NCBI GenBank assembly: GCA_951406725.2 | Contig: OX597814.1 | Coordinates: 189,410,001-189,474,000, forward strand | Length of the DNA: 64,000 bases | From: Octopus vulgaris | Taxonomy: Eukaryota | Direction: 5' to 3' | Shown: piece after piece, positions 56,829 through 64,000 of the stretch | How the letters are laid out: every line of letters begins with the position of its first letter | Numbering within the stretch: the first letter of the stretch is position 1 | The notes under the pieces: generated by a model | Told to the model about the DNA's origin: nothing | The model's database searches: none | What the model saw: only the letters and a program-made list of their open reading frames with translations | Made by a program: the position numbers and the translations under genes

Positions 56829-57053
56829 CCTTCACAAAAGACTTTCCTCTTACTCCTCCTTTCCAAAACTAAGGACCTAATCCGAAAAATGTGATGGAAG
56901 GCTTTTTTCCATGATAATCATAAGTATAGAACTGACAATAATAACATTAATTACAACCTCAAGTGATATAAGAACCCTCTGCAAAACCCTCATCTAGAAA
57001 AATTTGAAGCGGATATGATCAATTTGATCACATCTAAAGTAAGTATGATTTAA
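56829..57053 (+). pseudogene. Penelope-like element ORF, N-terminal remnant
   Basis: PSQKTFLLLLLSKTKDLIRKM*WKAFFH...YNLK*YKNPLQNPHLEKFEADMINLI resembles the PLE N-terminal motif (IRRMRWKAFF...PP...L..FE.D+..+I), recalled from memory; two stops. Confidence 0.7.
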
Positions 57054-57210
57054 CTATCCTCTCACATCATCTCCAATGAAGAGACATAATTAATAAATAT
57101 CCTAGAAACAGCTGTAAGACCTTCTAGCTATAAATGCTCTAATATCTACACAGCCTTGGGTTTTTTTTATCGTATTATGCAAAAAATTTATATATATATA
57201 TATATATAAC

Positions 57211-57415
57211 GGAATCTGGACAAATTTCTTCAAGGAATACCAGATAAGCCAGATAACCTATATCTGGATACAATTCGCTCAACAAGAAGCCTCTACTAGA
57301 ATGGACCATGATACCACAAAACTTGACTTAAAATGTGTTTAGATAATCCTATCAGGTGGTGCTACTAAGTTAGACATGGCCTGGGCCAATCTTTGGTCGA
57401 AACATGTCTAAGTTT
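57211..57415 (+). mobile_element. CR1-clade LINE extreme 3' end, related to 8211-9047
   Basis: LDKFLQGIPDKP and shared 3'UTR CAGGTGGTGCTA(C/T)TAAGTTAGACATGGCCTGGGCCAAT; TA flanks. Confidence 0.85.
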
Positions 57416-57440
57416 ATGTATATATTTATATATATATATA

Positions 57441-58052
57441 TTGATAGAAATAGCAAGACAATAAAAGAATGAAAGAGACCTCAATATTATGTAAATAGAG
57501 GAATTTATCTATAAATATAATATGTGACAATTATTCGGTGGCCATGATAAAACACCGAGTTTCGGGTGTCGGGGCGGAAACCCACGCCGGTATCTCTTCA
57601 TTTATCGGGCCATTGAAAAAAATTGCTATGAAAATGACCGTTAAAACAAAGGGAATTTACTGTGTGATTGACCGTTATTAAGACAAAAGAGCAATTAGAA
57701 TGACCGCTAAATAAGGGAGTAAAAGTGTTCATTGTAATCGCGTAAGCGCGCATGTCCTTACGTATACATGCGCGCCCGACCATCCACGTACATGCGCCTA
57801 ACCCGGAACCACGTGACTTTAACGGTCACACAGTAAATTCCCTTTGTTTTAACGGTCATTTTCATAGCAATTTTTTTCAATGGCCCGATAAATGAAGAGA
57901 TACCGGCGTGGGTTTCCGCCCCGACACCCGAAACTCGGTGTTTTATCATGGCCACCGAATAATTGTCACATATTATATTTATAGATAAATTCCTCTATTT
58001 ACATAATATTGAGGTCTCTTTCATTCTTTTATTGTCTTGCTATTTCTATCAA
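57441..58052. repeat. Perfect 227-bp inverted repeat (57441-57667 / 57826-58052) with 158-bp spacer, TA-flanked
   Basis: Arms compared by eye with no mismatch found; each contains a decayed hammerhead-like motif. Confidence 0.92.
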
Positions 58053-58127
58053 TATATATAACCATCCACTCTCACTTGAAACACACACATGCTCACCCAA
58101 AAATATATACATACCCGCATACACGCT

Positions 58128-58316
58128 TTACTCCCCTCCGCTTACTTAGCGGTCATTCTAATAGCACTTTTCTCTTAATAACGGTCAATCACACGGTAAT
58201 TTCCTTTTCTTTTAACGGTCATTTTCACAGCATTTTTTTCGATGGCCCGATAACTGAAGAGATGCCGGCGTGGATTTCCACCCCGACATCAGAATAATTG
58301 TCACATATTATATTTA
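58128..58316 (+). repeat. Third, diverged copy of the 57441 element
   Basis: Matches the reverse complement of about 57507-57725 with an internal deletion; retains CTGAAGA. Confidence 0.85.
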
Positions 58317-58318
58317 TG

Positions 58319-58367
<49 letters not shown>

Positions 58368-58371
58368 ATGC

Positions 58372-58737
58372 GGTGGCGTGGCTATGTCGTAAGAAGCTTG
58401 CTTCCGGGTTAAGTCAGACTGCGTGGCAGTTTCGTGCCTTCTACTGTAGCCTCGGGCCGACCAAATCCTTGTGAGTGGATTTGGTAGGCGGAAACTCTGT
58501 GTGTGTGTGTGTGTTCTCCACCATCGCTTGACAACTGATGATGGAGTATTTAGCGGTTCGGTAAAACGAACCGACAGAATAAGTACTAGGCTTACAAACA
58601 ATAAGTTCTGGGGGTCGAATTGTTCGGCTAAAGGCGCTGCTCCAGCATGGCCACAGGCAAATGACTGAGACAAGTAAAAAAATAAAAGAGTAAAATATAT
58701 TGTGTGCGTGTATATATATATATATATACACACACAA

Positions 58738-58789
<52 letters not shown>

Positions 58790-59116
58790 TGTATAAATGA
58801 GGGTGTTTACATAATACATACTCTTTTACTCTTTTACTTGTTTCAGTCATTTGACTGCGGCCATGCTGGAGCAGCGCCTTTAGTCGAGCAAATCGACCCC
58901 GGGACTTATTCTTTGTAAGCCTAGTACTTATTCTATCGGTACCTTTTGCCGAACCGCTAAGTGACGGGGACGTAAACACACAAGCATCGGTTGTCAAGCA
59001 ATGCTAGGGGGACAAACACAGACACACAAACATACACGCATATATATATATATACATATATACGTCGGGTTTCTTTCAGTTTCCGTCTACCAAATCCACT
59101 CACAAGGCTTTGGTCC
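58372..59116. mobile_element. Two family B SINEs tail-to-tail (58372-58693 +; 58818-59116 -)
   Basis: Family matches in opposite orientation. Confidence 0.88.
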
Positions 59117-59205
59117 GAAATACCATTAAGGAAAACGACATGCTTTTGGATTTGGTTTGCAAGATTCTTTATGTGAGTTCGTGTGTTGAAGCATATTCTG
59201 TTGTA

Positions 59206-59388
59206 TCTGGGGAGAGTCATTTTCTTTTTGTGCCTTATAATTTAACACGCTCACCGGTAAAATTTCCACTTCATGACTATTGAAAAGGTTGCCAGACGCA
59301 ATGAAAATTTTAGGAAAATAAAAATAAGAAATTTTACCGGTGAGTGTATTAAATTATAAGGCACAGAATGAAAATGACTCTCCCCAGA
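59206..59388. repeat. Inverted repeat with arms of about 61 bp (59206-59266 / 59328-59388)
   Basis: TCTGGGGAGAGTCATTTTC...CACCGGTAAAATTTC and its reverse complement, few mismatches. Confidence 0.85.
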
Positions 59389-59689
59389 CAGAAGAGGACA
59401 TATTTATGATCTGGAGAAAAGATGACGGTCGTTGAAACGTGTTTCTACTTCAATAGTGATCAACCGCATAATAGTTGTTCTACCCAATTTTCAGCAACCA
59501 AAGGACAGAGGTATATGCAAAAAAATGTAGAACACATTTACGACTAAGGGAATTTGCAAAAACGAAATAAAAAAAACATGAGCTAACAAAACATTCAGAG
59601 TGGCGATTGACATTTATATACAGAAGGTAGAAAAATACAGGTACTTAAAATGCCCTACAACATAAATCCTTTAATACGTTCTTTATCCA

Positions 59690-59693
59690 TATA

Positions 59694-59740
<47 letters not shown>

Positions 59741-60170
59741 TATTATATATTACATATATTATGTATTTTTATATATATTACATATATATTATTATATATA
59801 CATTATATATATATATATATATATATATTATACATATATATATATTATATATATCATACATATATATTATATATATCATACATATATATTATATATATCA
59901 TATAGTATACATATATGTATATACTATACATATGTATAGTATATATATTATATGTATTATATATATGTATATCATATATTTCATACATATTATATATTAT
60001 ATATATACATTATTTATATATATTATATATATATTCATATTATGTATATATATTATATGTACTATATACATATATATTATATATTTATATATATATATAT
60101 TATATATATATATATATATATGTATGCAATATTTCATATTTATTATATTTACATCTATATATATACACAC
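59690..60170. repeat. Degenerate TA-rich low-complexity tract
   Basis: Read directly from the sequence. Confidence 0.9.
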
Positions 60171-60390
60171 ACCTGCACACACGCACACACACACACACAT
60201 ATACATACACACACACATGCATACGCACATAGTTAAGCACATAGATGCGAAAAGAGAGTACTCGAAAACTAAAGGATAGAGTAATATACTATTTATTAAC
60301 CCCGTAAAGAAATCTTCCCCAAATGTTAGAGATTTTATGTGAAACCCCGAGTAAAAGTTTGTGAAGATTGTTTTTGTCTTTAATAAAAAA

Positions 60391-60425
<35 letters not shown>

Positions 60426-60697
60426 GTCTACCGAATTCCATTCATAATGTGTACGTAAGTCTGTTAGTCAGCCGGAAGCTATATTAAAAGACAGTTGCCG
60501 AAAGTGTCACAAAACTGGAATCCAGCCAAACCCGGAACCACGTGGGCGCGATCGGTCTTCTTAACCTAACGGCGATGTTAATACATGTGGAAGAATATGT
60601 GTCCATGCCTACGGTTTTGCATGTGTGTGTGTGTATGCATGTATGTCTGCCTTTACACACACACAACACACATGCACGTATGTATGTATGGATGTAT

Positions 60698-60729
<32 letters not shown>

Positions 60730-60730
<1 letters not shown>

Positions 60731-61488
60731 GGCGTAGGCGTGGCTGTGTAGTAAGAACCTTGCTTCTAACTAACATGGTTCCGGGTTCAGTCCCACCGCG
60801 GCTCACCTTGAGCAAGTGTCTTCTACTATAGCCTCGGGCAGACCAAGGCCTTGTGAATGGAAAGAAACTGAAAGAAGCCCGTCGTATATATCTATTGTGT
60901 GTCTTTGTGTCTTTTTTCCCCAGGCCATCATTACAGCTTGATAACTGGTATCGGTGTGTGTTACTGAGCGGTGCGGCCTAAAAGACCGATAGAATAAGTA
61001 CTAGGCTTAAAATATAGGTCTTGGGGTCGATTTGTTCGACTAAAACCGTTGAATGCGGTACTCTAGCATGACTGCAACCAAAAGAATAAAAATATATATA
61101 TATATAAGCGCAGGAGTGGCTGTGTGGTAAGTAGCTTGTTTACGAACCACATGGCTCCGGGTTCAGTCCCACTTGCACCTTGGGAAAGTGTCTTCTGCTA
61201 TAGCCCCGGACGGACCAAAGCCTTGTGAGTGGATTTGGTAGACGGAAACTGAAAGAAGCCCGTCGTATATATATATATGTATGTGTGTGTGTGTGTTTGT
61301 ATTTGTCCGCCCAACATCGCTTGACAACCGATGCTGGTGTGTTTACGTCCGCGTAACTTAGCGGTTCGGCAAAAGAGACCGATAGAATGAGTACTAGGCT
61401 TCCAAAGAATAAGTTCTGGGGTCGATTTGCTAGACTTAAAGGCGCTGCTCCAGCATGGCCACAGTCAAACGACTGAAACAAGTAAGAG
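60730..61488 (+). mobile_element. Two consecutive family B SINEs (older 60730-61090; younger 61107-61488)
   Basis: Family matches. Confidence 0.88.
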
Positions 61489-61505
61489 AAAAAAAAAAAA
61501 ACATT

Positions 61506-61541
<36 letters not shown>

Positions 61542-61692
61542 AATTAAGGACTGAACACGAAAAAGTGGACAGTCAACATGCTAGATATAGACGTCAAATC
61601 GCCATTCTCCACAAAAAGTCTATGTTCTCAGATCAAACTCAACACAAAACCAAAACAATTAACAAGTGAAAAATATACGAAATAAATATTTA

Positions 61693-61760
61693 CCCATGTA
61701 CTAAATTCAGTTTCGGCTGTTATTTTCCGCAAGGAAAAGTGCAGCCATCATCAGCATGGT
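61693..61760 (-). ncRNA. Type I hammerhead ribozyme motif
   Basis: CCATG CTGATGA T GGCTG CAC TTTTCC TTGC GGAAAA TAA CAGCC GAAA CTG AATT TAG TA CATGG: full core, stems I, II and III all pair, GUA triplet. Confidence 0.82.
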
Positions 61761-61969
61761 CCCATATAAAATGTAATTTGCTGTACTAAATGCCAACACG
61801 ATACCGAAATATCGCGTGCATGGAGTACGGCCTATTACATTTGAAATATATATTTCAAATGTCTCTAATGTTGGCGCGATGAGACCCGAGAAAACTAGCC
61901 TGCAGCTAATAGTTAGCAGCAGTTAATTTATCGGTTAGAGAACAAATATTTATATAACATTAAATTTAG

Positions 61970-62013
<44 letters not shown>

Positions 62014-62565
62014 AAAGTGTACATGTGTGCCAGTCTGTCTATTTGCCCGTTTCTATTCATCTGTGTATGTGCGTTTCTATATTTTAGCACCTACAATGAA
62101 TAATGCTCGCCATAGATAGATGTAAACAAATTCTTTCAGTTCAGCACATGTAGCAAAAGTCGATGAGAATCTAGACATATGGGAGAATATATTTGTGTCA
62201 ATGTTTTGGTGCCAACCTATGTTATAGATAGAGAGAAAATGGAAATGATGACGTTAAGTTGTAGAAGAAGGCTAAAGTGACGAGTTATGAAAATTTTCAA
62301 TATTTGTCAAGTTTGCAGTTGGCAATCTGCGCCGACGACAACACATGCGTACTGTTGTTTACAATCGTATTGATGAGACTTAGACAGTGAACAACACACA
62401 TACACACTCATTCTTAGACACAGATATACAGATGTCTATTCATAGACAGATATATGTGTGTGTGTGTGTGCGCGCGTGTATCTGGATGTGTGTGTGTGTA
62501 TATGCGAGAATGCATTTATTTGTATATTAATGCGCATAATCTTGCATCTATACATTTATAAATAT

Positions 62566-62610
<45 letters not shown>

Positions 62611-62704
62611 CGTGTATTTACAGTACATGCATACATGCATTGATACGTTTATATATACCATGTATATACGCATACGTAGCTATACATATCTACGCATGGA
62701 CGTA

Positions 62705-62912
62705 TACTCTTTTACTCTTTTACTTGTTTCAGTCATTTGACTGTGGCTATGCTGGAGCACCGCCTTTAGTCGAGCAAATCGACCCTAGGACTTATTCTTT
62801 GTAAGCCTAGTACTTATTCCATCGGTCTCTTTTGCTGAACAACTAAGTTACGGGGACGTAAACACACCAGCATCGGTTGTTAGGCGATGTTGGGAGGACA
62901 ATCACAGACACA

Positions 62913-62982
<70 letters not shown>

Positions 62983-63152
62983 TATGACGGGCTTCTTTCA
63001 GTTTCCGTCTACCAAATCCACTCACAAGGCTTTGGTCGGCCCGAGGCTATAGTAGAAGACACTTGACCAAGGTGCCACGCAGTGGGACTGAACCCCCCCG
63101 GAACCATGAGGTTGGTAAGCAAGCTACTTACCACACAGCCACTCCTGCGCCT
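62705..63152 (-). mobile_element. SINE family B, full length
   Basis: Family match. Confidence 0.92.
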
Positions 63153-63604
63153 ATGTATATATGTATATACATGCACGAATATACACAAACACACACACAG
63201 ATCCACACACGCAAACATACATATATGCACACAGACCTACTTATGTATTTATGCATGTGTGTATGAATGCATTTTGGCATGCACGCATGTGCATCTATAA
63301 ACGCAATTTGCGGCGGTGACACATAGGATTAAATGCCGATACGCTCAAGACAGAGTTTCACATCTTGATGCTGGCAAGTAACATTTGAAATACAGATGTA
63401 TGATTACACATAAGACACATATCAAAATAAACATTTATATATCCACCCATGCGCTTGCTCATATGACTGCATGTGTGTGTGTATGTGTGTAAGTGTTTGT
63501 GTGTGTGCCTCTGTGTGTGTGTGTGTGCGTGCGTGAGTGTGTATAGGTGTGTAGGTGTTTGTGAGTAATATACACAGAAAATTCTATAAACAAACACATG
63601 TGTG

Positions 63605-63641
<37 letters not shown>

Positions 63642-63651
63642 CACTGTATGT

Positions 63652-63688
<37 letters not shown>

Positions 63689-63734
63689 CAGACACATATA
63701 ATATATACATACAGCTATATACTTAGATACTTAA

Positions 63735-64000
63735 CTTTATATAATAAAGGCGAAAAATTGAATATTAATTTAATTAATATCAATTTAAAACCTGTGACCT
63801 AGTATATTGAAAAATCTGAAGATTCAGAAAAATTATATTACATACATATAAGAGGGGTGACCACTAAGTGGACATCCATTATGCTAGAGGTAGACCCCCA
63901 TATGGTCTGATCACTAAGAAAATATTGTTCTCAAGTAAATTCAGCAAACGTCAGAACGTACGTTTTCTTAGTGGTCAGACCATATGGGGGTCTACCTCTG
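63735..64000. mobile_element. Fold-back element, second copy of the 48370 family (arms 63886-63922 / 63963-63999)
   Basis: Shared left flank; 37-bp inverted arms with 1 mismatch; runs to the window edge. Confidence 0.75.

Overview
Eukaryotic, very AT-rich, repeat-saturated DNA with no recognisable host protein-coding gene. Nearly all long ORFs in the track are translations of (TA)n, (CA)n, (TATG)n, (ATA)n, (GAAA)n and similar repeats. The repeat families and microsatellite density look like an octopus (coleoid cephalopod) intron or intergenic region; this is inferred from memory, not from a database search. Contents: about 40 copies of two tRNA-derived SINE families plus two minor modular SINE families; decayed LINE fragments (CR1, RTE, R4/Dong-like, L2/Jockey-like); two mariner remnants; a Tc1-type MITE; non-autonomous Helitrons; and a 5S rRNA-like copy. 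The most interesting signal is a set of short non-coding elements sitting in (TA)n tracts. Two carry well-formed type I hammerhead ribozyme motifs (61693-61760 and 37647-37722, both minus strand) and several carry decayed ones. Several fold back on themselves, including a perfect 227-bp inverted repeat at 57441-58052. One contains a decayed Penelope-like ORF N-terminus (56829-57053). Together they suggest a population of Penelope-derived, retrozyme-like elements associated with TA microsatellites.
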